This document shows positions 17,688 through 27,612 of a stretch of DNA of 64,000 bases, in pieces. Position numbers and translations under genes: made by a program. Below the pieces are notes generated by a model. That model ran no database searches. It was not told where the DNA came from and worked only from the letters and a program-made list of their open reading frames with translations. The stretch is taken from the NCBI GenBank assembly GCA_036562755.1, contig DATCJN010000026.1, forward strand, positions 3,339 to 67,338. Reading direction: 5' to 3'. Within the stretch, counting starts at the first letter, position 1. Each line of letters starts with the position of its first letter. Source of the DNA: Clostridia bacterium. GTDB taxonomy: Bacteria; Bacillota; Clostridia; Christensenellales; DUVY01.

Positions 17688-18794
17688 TTAATCCCAAGGG
17701 AATTTATATTGGTTAAGTCCAAGCATGTCTCTTACCTGGCTTAACTCTTTTTGAACCGCCTCGTTGATCGGAACGCCCGTATCCTTTCTTTCTTGCCAAA
17801 CCAAGTATTCTTTTTCGCCCGCGGTGTAAATTCTGTCGCATCCGGGCGCGCGTTTGGAATTTCGCAGCTGTCTTAAAATATCGCCCGCGGTCTTTTTGAA
17901 GGCTTCGGCGCCCATAAACGCCTCGGTGTCTATTGCGATAAAGAAATGTCCGAGGTGGTAGGGAACTTTCTTGCCGTCTTTATCCAGTCCGGTCAGCATC
18001 TTTAGGTAATTGCCTTGAGCAAGCGCCGCTGACAATATCTCTACCACCGTGGCATAACCGTACCCCTTATAGCCCGCAAGCTCCTCGCCTATTCCGCCCA
18101 AGGGCGCCAGCGCAGCCTCGCCTGTTACCAAATCTTTTAGAATTTGAGCGGAATCTGTTTTGGGCTTGCCGTCGCTGCCTATTACCATGCCTTCGGGCGT
18201 GGGCAGTCCCATGCGCGCGAAATATTCTATCTTGCCCCTTTGGGTTATCGAAGTGGCGCAATCGAGGTTAAAAGGAAATTCTTCGTCGGTAGGCAGGCCA
18301 ATGGTGAGCGGGTTGGTGCCCAGCATATTTTCCACGCCAAAGGTAGGCGCAATCGAAGGGCGGGCGTTGGTGCCTGTGATTCCTATCATGTCATGCTTTA
18401 TAGCCATAGAAGTATAGTAGCCCGCGATTCCGTAGTGAGTAGAATTTCTAACCGCGACCATGCCCATGCCGTATTGTTTAGCCTTTTTTATAGCAAGCTC
18501 CATCGCTTTGTATCCTATTACCTGTCCCATTCCGTCGTGACCGTCAACTACGGCGGTGGTGGCGGTCTCGCGAATTATCTCAAAATTTGTTACGGGATTT
18601 TGGATTTTTTCCAAAATCCTGTCTATGTAAATAGGTTTAAACCTGTTGACGCCGTGCGATTCAATCCCCCTTCTGTCCGATTCCAGCAAAACGTCAGCGC
18701 AAATTTCCGCGTCTTCCCTTGGAACTCCAAGCGCGACAAAAGAGTCGGTCACAAAGTCTTGCGCCGTTTTCCAATCCAATATCATTTTTGACAT
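17688..18794 (-). CDS. Ldh_2-family (malate/L-lactate/ureidoglycolate/sulfolactate-type) NAD(P)H-dependent oxidoreductase
   Basis: The N-terminus ...ALGVPREDAEICADVLLESDRRGIESHGVNRF and overall length are typical of the Ldh_2 family. RBS TAGGAG. Confidence 0.8.
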   Translation of the reverse strand: MSKMILDWKTAQDFVTDSFVALGVPREDAEICADVLLESDRRGIESHGVNRFKPIYIDRILEKIQNPVTNFEIIRETATTAVVDGHDGMGQVIGYKAMELAIKKAKQYGMGMVAVRNSTHYGIAGYYTSMAIKHDMIGITGTNARPSIAPTFGVENMLGTNPLTIGLPTDEEFPFNLDCATSITQRGKIEYFARMGLPTPEGMVIGSDGKPKTDSAQILKDLVTGEAALAPLGGIGEELAGYKGYGYATVVEILSAALAQGNYLKMLTGLDKDGKKVPYHLGHFFIAIDTEAFMGAEAFKKTAGDILRQLRNSKRAPGCDRIYTAGEKEYLVWQERKDTGVPINEAVQKELSQVRDMLGLNQYKFPWD

Positions 18795-18870
18795 ATAGAA
18801 AATCTCCTAAATAAAATACTAAATTAATTCTAACTTAACGCAATGATGAAATCAATATAAAAAACGATTT

Positions 18871-19149
18871 TTATTCCAATAAAGATTCTTGGCTAGACAA
18901 AAATTCCACAAGGTTTTTTAGAGCTTCTTGATTGATTGAATAATAAATCAATTTGCCGTCTTTTTCGGAATTAACTATTCCGCATTGGGTGAGCATTTTC
19001 ATATGATAGCTCAAAGTCGGCTGGGTGATTTTAAACTTCTCCAAAATCTTATATGCGCATTTTTTGCCTTTTTTTAGCATGTCAAAAATTCTTAATCTGA
19101 TTTGATCCCCCAAAGTTTTGCATATATACGCATAATCAGTATAAGTCAT
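18871..19149 (-). CDS. ArsR/SmtB-family transcriptional regulator
   Basis: 92 aa. LGDQIRLRIFDMLKKGKKCAYKILEKFKITQPTLSYHMKMLTQCGIV matches the ArsR winged-HTH pattern. Confidence 0.85.
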   Translation of the reverse strand: MTYTDYAYICKTLGDQIRLRIFDMLKKGKKCAYKILEKFKITQPTLSYHMKMLTQCGIVNSEKDGKLIYYSINQEALKNLVEFLSSQESLLE

Positions 19150-19205
19150 AAACCGGACTCCTTTGATTATGATTTTTTCATAACCTTTTTTATTGTGTTT
19201 TTATT

Positions 19206-19234
19206 ATTTTATAATTAATTGCTTTTATTGTCAA
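19206..19234 (-). promoter_or_regulatory. Putative sigma-A promoter of the ArsR gene
   Basis: On the minus strand: TTGACA (19229-19234), 17-nt spacer, TAAAAT (19206-19211). A second TTGACA sits 21 bp further upstream (19250-19255). Confidence 0.5.
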
Positions 19235-19261
19235 TGATTTAAAATTTGTTGTCAATTACTA

Positions 19262-19297
19262 GTAAAAAGGCTGTCATAAATAGACAGCCTTTTTTTA
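19262..19297. terminator. Bidirectional intrinsic terminator after hslU
   Basis: AGGCTGTC (19268-19275) / GACAGCCT (19283-19290), flanked by A- and T-runs. Confidence 0.75.
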
Positions 19298-20602
19298 AAT
19301 TATATATTTCTTTAAGTCGTGCTTTTTAATTGCGGTCTTTAGGTGCTCTTGGACGTATTTTTTATCTATAACCACATCCACCATGGGATGTTCGCCGCTT
19401 GCGTTAAAAGACACATCCTCTAACAAACTTTCCATAATGGTGTGGAGGCGTCTGGCGCCGATATTTTCGCTGGTTTCGTTTTCCAATACCGCGATCTCGG
19501 CGATTTCCTCTATCGCGTCAGGCTCAAATTTCAGGTTGATATTATCAACCCTTAACAGTTCCATATACTGTTTTGTTACGGCGTTGTCGGTCTTGGTCAA
19601 AATATCTATAAACTCTTGCTTGCCCAGATTATCCAATTCCACTCGTATGGGGAATCTGCCCTGAAGCTCGGGTATCAAATCCTCTACCTTGCTGATATGG
19701 AACGCGCCCGAGGCAATGAACAATATATAATCCGTGCGGATAGCGCCGTATTTTGTGTTTACGGTAGAACCTTCAACAATCGGCAAAATATCCCTTTGGA
19801 CGCCCTCGCGGGAAACGTCCGGGCCGGATGTATTGCCGTTGCCCGCTATCTTGTCTATCTCGTCTATAAATATTATGCCCTCTTGCTCAGCGCGCCTTAT
19901 GGCTTCGGCTTGGATAGACTCCATATCTATCATGCCTTCGCTCTCTTCCTCGGTCAAAATTCTAACAGCATCTTCAACCGTAAGTTTTCTGTTCTTGCGG
20001 CGCTTGCCGGGCATAAGTCCGCCCATCAAATCGCTCAAATCAATAGCCGCGCCCATTCCCGGCATAATTTCCATAGGCTTGGGCTTATCGACTACGGCTA
20101 TTTCAATTATCATATTATTTAATCTGCCCGCTTTGATATCCGCTAAAATTTGGTCTTTTAGCACAGGCTCTTCGGAATTTTGTTTCTTTTTTTCGTTATA
20201 TACGGCCTCGGCCACCTTTTTCTCGGCTATTTCACGCGCCTTTTTTTCGACTTCTTGGATTTTTTCTTCTTTAACAAGCCTTACCGCTACTTCGGCCAAA
20301 TCCCTTACCATCGATTCGACATCGCGTCCTACATAACCGACTTCGGTAAACTTGGTCGCCTCGACTTTGACAAAAGGCGCTTTGACGAGCTTGGCAAGCC
20401 TTCTGGCTATCTCGGTTTTGCCCACGCCGGTAGGGCCTTTCATCAAAATATTTTTGGGCGTAATTTCGTCGCGCTGTTCTTTAGGCAGTTGACTTCTTCT
20501 ATAGCGGTTTCTTAAAGCCACCGCAACGGCGCGTTTTGCGTTGTGTTGACCTATGATATATCTATCAAGCTCGGCTACTATTTGTTTAGGCGACATATTC
20601 AT
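19295..20602 (-). CDS. hslU: ATP-dependent protease ATPase subunit HslU
   Basis: SPKQIVAELDRYIIGQ, Walker A GPTGVGKTEIARRLA, and typical HslU length and I-domain. Confidence 0.95.
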   Translation of the reverse strand: MNMSPKQIVAELDRYIIGQHNAKRAVAVALRNRYRRSQLPKEQRDEITPKNILMKGPTGVGKTEIARRLAKLVKAPFVKVEATKFTEVGYVGRDVESMVRDLAEVAVRLVKEEKIQEVEKKAREIAEKKVAEAVYNEKKKQNSEEPVLKDQILADIKAGRLNNMIIEIAVVDKPKPMEIMPGMGAAIDLSDLMGGLMPGKRRKNRKLTVEDAVRILTEEESEGMIDMESIQAEAIRRAEQEGIIFIDEIDKIAGNGNTSGPDVSREGVQRDILPIVEGSTVNTKYGAIRTDYILFIASGAFHISKVEDLIPELQGRFPIRVELDNLGKQEFIDILTKTDNAVTKQYMELLRVDNINLKFEPDAIEEIAEIAVLENETSENIGARRLHTIMESLLEDVSFNASGEHPMVDVVIDKKYVQEHLKTAIKKHDLKKYII

Positions 20603-20605
20603 ACG

Positions 20606-21142
20606 CTAAATTTCCTCCACGGTAATATTCTTGTTGGTAAACACGCAAATATCGCCCGCTATCTCCAACGCTTTGACGGCGATTTCTCTTGCGCTCAAAT
20701 CGGTGTTCTGCGCAAGCGCCCTTGCGGCCGCGAGCGCGTAATTGCCGCCCGAGCCTATGGCGCAAACGCCGTCCTCGGGGTCTATAACGTCGCCCATTCC
20801 GCTTATTATCAACAAATGCTCGGAGTCTGCGACAATCATCATCGCCTCAAGCTTTCTAAGCAGTTTATCGCCGCGCCAAAGTTTAGCGAGTTCCACCGAG
20901 CTTCGCATAAGGTTGCCGCTGTATTTTTGCAGCATTTCCTCGAATCTGTCCGACAGCGTAAACGCGTCGGCAACCGAACCCGCAAAACCAACTACTACTT
21001 TATCGTTATATAACCTTCTTACTTTGACAGCATTGGTTTTTAATACCACGCTTTGACCGCTAGTAACCTGGCCGTCGCCCGCGATGGCGGTGCGTCCGTT
21101 TCTTTTGACGGCGACTATGGTCGTGCCTTTAAATGCTTCCAT
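20606..21142 (-). CDS. hslV: ATP-dependent protease subunit HslV
   Basis: [16 protein letters not shown]... is an N-terminal Thr protease pattern. The gene sits immediately upstream of hslU. Confidence 0.95.
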   Translation of the reverse strand: MEAFKGTTIVAVKRNGRTAIAGDGQVTSGQSVVLKTNAVKVRRLYNDKVVVGFAGSVADAFTLSDRFEEMLQKYSGNLMRSSVELAKLWRGDKLLRKLEAMMIVADSEHLLIISGMGDVIDPEDGVCAIGSGGNYALAAARALAQNTDLSAREIAVKALEIAGDICVFTNKNITVEEI

Positions 21143-21219
21143 ATTTTACCTCTTTTAATTTAGGATGTTTTAGTTGTTTTCATTTTAACACAATTATATA
21201 TTAAATCAATCAGATAACC

Positions 21220-22530
21220 TTAAGCGTTGCAATACTGACAAAATTCGCGCATTGCCGACAAGGCGCGCTCCGAGTATTGAATATATCTAGTCTTTTTGTC
21301 TTTTATGCGTTCAGCCAGGGGCGGCAGTATTCCGAAATTGGCGTTCATGGGCTGGAAGTTGGGATTAGGAGCGGTTATATAATTAACAAGCGCGCCTATC
21401 ATAGTCTCTTGAGGCGCGGCCGCTAAAGGCTCGCCCTTTAAATATTTGGACATATAAATTCCCGCCATTAAACCAGAGCACACGCTTTCGACATAGCCCT
21501 CGACGCCGCTAAGCTGCCCCGCTATAAAGATATTGGGATAATCTTTTAGCTGATAATATTGATTGAGACACTTGGGAGCGTTGATAAATGTGTTGCGGTG
21601 CATTACGCCGTAGCGGACGAATTGGGCGTTCTTTAACGCTGGTATCAGCGAAAACACACGCTTTTGTTCGGGGAAGGTAAGATTGGTTTGAAATCCCACC
21701 AGATTAAACAAAGTCTTTTCTTTGTTTTCAGCCCTTAGCTGAACCACGGCATAAGGCCGCGCTCCGCTGGAGTCTTTTAGTCCCACGGGTTTTAATGGCC
21801 CAAACCTAAGCGTGTCTATGCCGCGCTTTGCCATAACTTCGACGGGCATACACCCCTCAAACACCTCTTTGCCCTCGAAACTTTTTAGCTCTACCGTTTT
21901 CGCGTTGATTAATTCGTTATAAAATATCTCGTATTCTTGCTTGGTCATAGGGCAGTTGAGGTAGTCGTCTCCGCCTTTGCCGTATCTTGAGCCCCAAAAG
22001 GCCGAATCATAATCAATGCTGTCGGCGGTAACTATTGGCGAAGCCGCGTCAAAGAAATATAAATAATCTTCGCTAAGAAGTTTTCTTAAATTTTCCGCCA
22101 GACCGTCCGTAGTCAGCGGCCCGGTAGCTATTATGGTCGGAATATTGGTATCTATCTCTTTATATTCTTGACATATTATGTTTATATTTTCTATGGAATT
22201 AATGATTTCTGTTATTTCTTGAGCGAACTTATCCCTATCTACCGCCAAAGCTCCGCCCGCTTCCACTGAGTGCTTATAGGCGGTTTTTATAATAATAGAA
22301 TCCAGCAATTCCAGTTCGGCTTTAAGAAGTCCGCTTGCGGTGTCCGGCCCTTTTGCCTTTAAGGAGTTGCTGCAAACAAGCTCCGCGAAATTAGGATTTT
22401 TATGCGCAGGGGTAAAAGCGCGCGGCTTTATGTCGATTAAATCCACTTTTATGCCGCGCTTGGCTAACTGATAAGCGGACTCGCAACCCGCAAGCCCGCC
22501 CCCTATAACTAAAACTCTATCGCTTCTCAC
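21220..22530 (-). CDS. trmFO: Methylenetetrahydrofolate--tRNA-(uracil54-C5)-methyltransferase TrmFO
   Basis: VIGGGLAGCESAYQLA...FAELVCSNSLKA is typical of TrmFO/Gid. GTG start at 22528-22530. Confidence 0.9.
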   Translation of the reverse strand: MRSDRVLVIGGGLAGCESAYQLAKRGIKVDLIDIKPRAFTPAHKNPNFAELVCSNSLKAKGPDTASGLLKAELELLDSIIIKTAYKHSVEAGGALAVDRDKFAQEITEIINSIENINIICQEYKEIDTNIPTIIATGPLTTDGLAENLRKLLSEDYLYFFDAASPIVTADSIDYDSAFWGSRYGKGGDDYLNCPMTKQEYEIFYNELINAKTVELKSFEGKEVFEGCMPVEVMAKRGIDTLRFGPLKPVGLKDSSGARPYAVVQLRAENKEKTLFNLVGFQTNLTFPEQKRVFSLIPALKNAQFVRYGVMHRNTFINAPKCLNQYYQLKDYPNIFIAGQLSGVEGYVESVCSGLMAGIYMSKYLKGEPLAAAPQETMIGALVNYITAPNPNFQPMNANFGILPPLAERIKDKKTRYIQYSERALSAMREFCQYCNA

Positions 22531-22543
22531 AACTTATGCCTTG

Positions 22544-24811
22544 TTATTCTTCTATATGATTATGACCGTTTTCTTCTATTTTTATAGTATAGCCGCATTC
22601 TTTAGAAGCGCATTTTATGACGTCGCCGTCTTTATAATGCTTTAAAACCATATGCGAATCGCATTGAGGGCATTTTTGATCGACTACCTTGTCGTTAGAT
22701 ATAAAACGGCAGTCGGGATAGCCGCTGCACGCGAAAAACTCGCCGCGGCGCGAACGCCTTTTTACCAACGGCTTGCCGCACTTAGGGCATTTTCCGTAAT
22801 CGGCGTTTTCGTCTTCTATGGGTTTGATGTTTTGGCACTTAGGATAATTGGAACAGCCCAAGAATTTGCCGTATTTACTGTGTTTTACTACCATATCCCC
22901 GCCGCACTTTTCGCACTTGATACTCGTCTTTTCGCTTTCTTCTTCCAAACTCTTGGTGTTGCGGCATTTGGGAAAATTGGGGCAGGCCAGGAACTTTCCG
23001 TATCTGCCGTGCCTGATTACCATATTGACGCCGCAGTTTTCGCAAACAACGTCGCTTTGCTCGTCGGGCTGTTTTAAGGTAAAGCTGTCCTCAAGCGCGG
23101 CTTTGACGTCGCGCTCAAATCCGCCGAAATAAAAATCGTGAATTACCTGCTGCCAAACCTTGCCGCCTTCCTCAATCTCGTCCAGCATGTTTTCCATATT
23201 GGCGGTAAAATCCACGCTCATAATATCGGGGAAATATCTGACCAGCATATCGGTAACCTGCTCGCCCAATTCGGTAGGCTTTATATGTCTGCCCTCTTTT
23301 TCGCAGTATTCTCTGGTAAACAAAATCAAAATCGTGGGCGTATATGTAGCCGGTCTGCCTATGCCCTTTTCTTCCATCGCCTTAACCAAAGACGCCTCGG
23401 TGTATCGAGCCGGGGGCTTGGTAAACTTTTGCTCGGGCTTTAGTTCTATCAATTTAGGCTTGTCGCCTTCTTCCAAAGGCGGCAAGATTTTATTGGAATC
23501 GTCCTCGTCGTCGTTAACTTCTGGCTTATCTTGCGTTTCCTGCTCGTCCGCGCTGTATGCCGCCAAAAATCCTTTAAACTTCAAAGTTCTGCCGCTTGCG
23601 GTAAAGCGGTAATCGTTGGCGGTTATCTCGGCGCTTACTGTGTCATATTGCGCCTGAGCCATTTGGCTTGCTAAGAATCTTTCGTAAATTAATTTATATA
23701 ATCTGTATAGATTTCTGTTAAGATAGGGTTTTACAGATTCGGGCGTTCTGTCCAGCGAAATAGGTCTAATAGCTTCGTGAGCGTCTTGAATGCCCTTCTT
23801 TGACTTAAATTTATTGGGAGTTTCGGGATAGTATTCCGTTCCGAATTTGGATTTTATATAATCTTCGGCCATTTTTTGCGCCTCGGGCGAGATACGCGTC
23901 GAGTCCGTTCTGATATAAGTTACCAGCGCTACCTTGCCCTCGGAACCTAATTCTACGCCCTCGTAAAGATTTTGAGCGCAAGCGGTGGCTACTTTTAAGG
24001 AAATACCCAGCTTGTTTAAAGCGTCCTGCTGCATAGTGCTGGTGGTATAAGGCGCGGGCGCGTTAACCTTGGTAACGCCTCTTTTTATCTTTGTTACTAA
24101 GTATTGCGCGCCTTTTAGGTCGTCTAAGACCTTATCCATTTCGGCTTTGTTGTTTATCTCTAGTTTCTGGTCTTTATGCGAAGCCAACTTAGCCAAAAAG
24201 GCTACGTTATCCTTTTCCAAAACCGCCTTTAGATGCCAATACTCTTTGGGCACAAAAGCGCGGATTTCGCGCTCTCTGTCTACTACAAGCTTTAGCGCCA
24301 CCGATTGCACGCGCCCGGCAGATAGCTTGCTGCGTATTTTTTTGCTTATTATGGGCGAAAGCTTATAGCCCACAAGTCTGTCCAGCACGCGCCGCGCTTG
24401 CTGAGCATCGACTAAATTTTTGTCTATGGGACGCGGGTTTTGAAGCGCGTTTTGAACCGCCGTCTTGGAAATTTCGTTAAAAACTATCCTGCAAGGCGAC
24501 TCGGGCGGAATGCCCAAAATGTGAGTTAGGTGCCACGAAATAGCCTCGCCCTCGCGGTCGGGGTCGGTGGCCAACAAAATTGATTCGGCTTGGCTTGCCT
24601 TTTCTTTGAGCTGTTTGATTATTTCTTTTTGTTTGGGGATTAAGACATACTTTGGCTCGAAATTATTTTTTATATCCACCGCCAAGGTATGCTCGGGCAA
24701 GTCTCTTACATGTCCTTTGGTGGCTATTACATTATAGGACGAATCTATGCCCTTTAGATATTTGTTAATGGTCTCTCTTTTTCCCTCGCCTTCGATAATG
24801 ACTAATTTCAA
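22544..24811 (-). CDS. topA: DNA topoisomerase I
   Basis: Toprim TDPDREGEAISWH and a topo IA core. Four C-terminal C4 zinc-ribbon repeats (CENCG...CPNFPKC etc.). TTG start with GGAGAG RBS. Confidence 0.95.
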   Translation of the reverse strand: MKLVIIEGEGKRETINKYLKGIDSSYNVIATKGHVRDLPEHTLAVDIKNNFEPKYVLIPKQKEIIKQLKEKASQAESILLATDPDREGEAISWHLTHILGIPPESPCRIVFNEISKTAVQNALQNPRPIDKNLVDAQQARRVLDRLVGYKLSPIISKKIRSKLSAGRVQSVALKLVVDREREIRAFVPKEYWHLKAVLEKDNVAFLAKLASHKDQKLEINNKAEMDKVLDDLKGAQYLVTKIKRGVTKVNAPAPYTTSTMQQDALNKLGISLKVATACAQNLYEGVELGSEGKVALVTYIRTDSTRISPEAQKMAEDYIKSKFGTEYYPETPNKFKSKKGIQDAHEAIRPISLDRTPESVKPYLNRNLYRLYKLIYERFLASQMAQAQYDTVSAEITANDYRFTASGRTLKFKGFLAAYSADEQETQDKPEVNDDEDDSNKILPPLEEGDKPKLIELKPEQKFTKPPARYTEASLVKAMEEKGIGRPATYTPTILILFTREYCEKEGRHIKPTELGEQVTDMLVRYFPDIMSVDFTANMENMLDEIEEGGKVWQQVIHDFYFGGFERDVKAALEDSFTLKQPDEQSDVVCENCGVNMVIRHGRYGKFLACPNFPKCRNTKSLEEESEKTSIKCEKCGGDMVVKHSKYGKFLGCSNYPKCQNIKPIEDENADYGKCPKCGKPLVKRRSRRGEFFACSGYPDCRFISNDKVVDQKCPQCDSHMVLKHYKDGDVIKCASKECGYTIKIEENGHNHIEE

Positions 24812-24825
24812 ACGGAATCTCTCCT

Positions 24826-25899
24826 TTACGCTAAAGAATAAACTGTGCCGTTTTTGGTTATCAAACCTTTTATCTCCATTATGCTCAACAAGCTGTTTAG
24901 CTCGCTTGCGGGCAAATTGGCGCTGTATAAAATTTTATCATAGTTTAATGCACCGTTTGCTAATAAGTCAAGTATTTTTTGCTCCGATGAATCCAACTTG
25001 GGCTGCGGTTTATGTTGTGGCGCGTAGGTTATGTTCAAATCCTCCAAAATGTGTTCGGGCTTATATACGAGCGCGCATTGAGAATATCTAATAAGTCTCA
25101 GGTTGCCCAAAATCTTAGGGTTATCCGCCGCGCCCGCGAGAGCGAACACGCTTTTGCCCTGTTCAAGCGCGTATTCTACAGTGTACATCGTTCCGCTCTT
25201 TTCGCCCGCCTCCGCCACCAAAACGCCCATGGAGAGCGCCGCCAATAGTCTGTTTCTTCTAGGATAAGAATACACAGTGCCTTTAAACTCGGGCAAAAAC
25301 TCGCTTATTACCAAGCCTTTTTGGGCTATTTCTTTATATAATTCGTAGTTGACGGCGGGATAGATTTCGTTATGGCCGTTGCCCAGAATAGCTATGGTAT
25401 CGCCGCCTATATCTAGTGTAAACCTATGCGCGAAACTGTCAATACCCGTAGCAAGACCGCTTACTATGGTAAAACCGCTGGATGACAGTTCTTGAGCGAA
25501 AATTTTGGTCATCTTTTTGCCGTAAAGGCTGGGACTTCGCGTGCCCACTATGGTAAAGCATTTGGATGAAAGAAGCTCAAGCCTTCCTTTATAATATATA
25601 ACAAAAGGCGCGTCGTTTAACTCCAAAAAACTCGGGGGATATTCTTTATCTTCGGGCGTTAAAATCCCCAAGCCATCGTTTTCGTATCTTTTTAACTGCC
25701 GCTTTAGGCGCTCAAAATTTAAGGCGTTGAGCATTTTTGAGTAACTAGAACCCAAAACTTCTTTAACTTTTAAGTCGCCCTTTCTAAAGAATTCGTAAAA
25801 ATTATAAATGCCGCCCGTTTCCTTAATCAAAGGATTAATTTTAAAGGGTGAAGCGTCGGCAGCCGACAGCCAAAAATATAACAATCTTTGGTCTTCCAT
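24826..25899 (-). CDS. dprA: DNA-processing protein DprA (Smf)
   Basis: GTRSPSLYGKKMT...IVSGLATGIDSFAH Rossmann-like DprA core. RBS TAGGAG. Confidence 0.9.
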   Translation of the reverse strand: MEDQRLLYFWLSAADASPFKINPLIKETGGIYNFYEFFRKGDLKVKEVLGSSYSKMLNALNFERLKRQLKRYENDGLGILTPEDKEYPPSFLELNDAPFVIYYKGRLELLSSKCFTIVGTRSPSLYGKKMTKIFAQELSSSGFTIVSGLATGIDSFAHRFTLDIGGDTIAILGNGHNEIYPAVNYELYKEIAQKGLVISEFLPEFKGTVYSYPRRNRLLAALSMGVLVAEAGEKSGTMYTVEYALEQGKSVFALAGAADNPKILGNLRLIRYSQCALVYKPEHILEDLNITYAPQHKPQPKLDSSEQKILDLLANGALNYDKILYSANLPASELNSLLSIMEIKGLITKNGTVYSLA

Positions 25900-25915
25900 A
25901 TTTTCTCCTAAAAAT

Positions 25916-27448
25916 TTAAGACCACAACTTTCTGTCCAGCGTCCTGTAGCTGACCGCCTCGGCGATTTGCTTTTGGTCTATTATGTCGCTTCCGTCCAGA
26001 TCGGCTATGGTTTTGGCTACTTTTAAAATTCTGGTATAAGCGCGGGCTGATAGTTTCAATTTTTCAAAGGACAGCTTTAATAGTTCTTTTGCGGCGCCGG
26101 TTAAAACGCAGTAAGTTTTAATCAACTCTGCAGGCATTTGAGCGTTGCAGTAAATGCCTTTGTCTTTTAACCTTTCTTGTTGAAGTTTTCGCGCTCTGTT
26201 AACTCTTAACTTTATTTCTTTGGAGTCTTCATTAACCGACTCGTCTGCCAATTCCTCGTATTTGACGCTGTCAACCGATATATGTATGTCTATCCTGTCC
26301 AAAAGCGGGCCGGAAAGCCTGCTTAGATATTTTTGAATTTGAGAGGGAGTGCATTGGCATTGACCGCGTTCCGAACCATAATGCCCGCAAGGGCAGGGGT
26401 TCATGCTTGCCACCAGCACAAACCTTGCGGGATATTGCACGCTCAAATTGGCGCGGTTGATCACTATGACGCCGTCTTCTAAGGGCTGCCGTAAGGTTTC
26501 CAAAGCGCTTCTGGAATACTCGGGCAATTCGTCCAAAAACAAAACGCCGTTATGGGCTAGACTTATCTCGCCCGGTTTTGCGAAAGGTCCGCCACCCGTT
26601 AGCGAAACCGTAGTCGCGGTATGGTGCGGCGTCCTAAAAGGTCTCGAAGTAATTATCCCTTCTTGTCCCAAAATACCCGCAATCGAATGAATCTTGGACG
26701 TCTCCAACGCTTCCTCGGGCGTCATATCGGGCAATATTGAGGGTAAAGCGCGCGCAAGCATTGTTTTGCCCGCGCCGGGAGGGCCTATCATGAGCATATT
26801 ATGCCCGCCCGCAGCCGCGATTTCCAACGCCCTTTTGGCTTGGTTTTGACCTTTTATATAAGCAAAGTCCGAAGCGCTCAAACCGCTGTTATGGATAATC
26901 TCTGCTATGTCTTTGGAAATCGCCTTTCGGGGCTGTTCTTGACCTTTTAAGATATTAACCGCTTGAGTCAAACTTTCTACCAAAATAATCTCCGCGTCCT
27001 TAAGCCAAACGGTTTCCGGTTCGTTATCCAAAGGAACGAAAAACTTTTTATATCCCAAATCGGTAGCGCTGATTAATATAGGCAAGATACCGTTGATGCG
27101 CCTTACTTTGCCGTCCAGCGAAAGCTCGCCCAAAAACACATATCCGTCTGTGAGCTTATACGACAGCTGTTCAGTAGCCGCCAAAATCCCCAAAGATATA
27201 GGCAAGTCGAACACGGGGGTTATTTTTTTGATGTCCGCAGGAGCAAGGTTGACCGTAATCTTGGACGCGGGGAACAAAAACCCGCTGTTTTTTATCGCCG
27301 AGCGGACTCTTTCGCGCGACTCCTTAACGGCCGTTTGCGCAAGCCCCACCGTTTCAAAGCTGGGCAGGCCGTTGTTTATATCCACCTCGACGTCCACGGG
27401 ATAGCCCTGTATTCCGCTTAATGAAAAGCTTTTGACTTTAGCGAGCAC
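25916..27448 (-). CDS. comM: Mg-chelatase-like ATPase YifB/ComM
   Basis: Lon-like N-domain, Walker A GPPGAGKTMLA and a C-terminal Mg-chelatase domain. The track start at 27493 is probably over-extended. The GTG at 27446-27448 gives the family-typical (M)LAKVKSFSLSGIQG N-terminus. Confidence 0.9.
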   Translation of the reverse strand: MLAKVKSFSLSGIQGYPVDVEVDINNGLPSFETVGLAQTAVKESRERVRSAIKNSGFLFPASKITVNLAPADIKKITPVFDLPISLGILAATEQLSYKLTDGYVFLGELSLDGKVRRINGILPILISATDLGYKKFFVPLDNEPETVWLKDAEIILVESLTQAVNILKGQEQPRKAISKDIAEIIHNSGLSASDFAYIKGQNQAKRALEIAAAGGHNMLMIGPPGAGKTMLARALPSILPDMTPEEALETSKIHSIAGILGQEGIITSRPFRTPHHTATTVSLTGGGPFAKPGEISLAHNGVLFLDELPEYSRSALETLRQPLEDGVIVINRANLSVQYPARFVLVASMNPCPCGHYGSERGQCQCTPSQIQKYLSRLSGPLLDRIDIHISVDSVKYEELADESVNEDSKEIKLRVNRARKLQQERLKDKGIYCNAQMPAELIKTYCVLTGAAKELLKLSFEKLKLSARAYTRILKVAKTIADLDGSDIIDQKQIAEAVSYRTLDRKLWS

Positions 27449-27546
27449 ATTCGCCCCCGAAATGCGACAAAAATATACATTAAGATTATACATATATTTG
27501 AAGATTTAAACAATATTTTGACAAACTTTTTGATATGTTTTGAAAA

Positions 27547-27580
27547 TAAAAAAACGAGCGGAATTTCCCGCTCCTTTTAT
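27547..27580 (-). terminator. Intrinsic terminator after rplS
   Basis: GAGCGG (27556-27561) / CCGCTC (27568-27573), with an A-run on the plus strand (a T-run on the transcribed strand). Confidence 0.7.
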
Positions 27581-27612
27581 AGTTTATGACTGAATTAAAC
27601 TTGTTTTTACTG

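Noticed and set aside
18144-18791. 215-aa plus-strand ORF, plus 85-aa and 64-aa ORFs, overlapping the Ldh_2 gene
   Set aside because: The Arg/Gly-rich translations have no start signals and lie opposite or out of frame to a well-supported Ldh_2-family gene. Such ORFs are typical of a locally GC-richer coding region.
19383-21056. Series of long plus-strand ORFs (93-200 aa) across hslU/hslV
   Set aside because: All lie antisense to the highly conserved hslU/hslV. Their products are Ser/Ile/Leu-rich and low-complexity, with no RBS. They are shadow ORFs.
22600-23100. Fourfold repeated DNA/protein pattern at the 3-prime end of topA, considered as a tandem repeat element
   Set aside because: The repeats are the four C4 zinc-ribbon domains normal for the C-terminus of bacterial topoisomerase I. 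They are not a non-coding repeat array.
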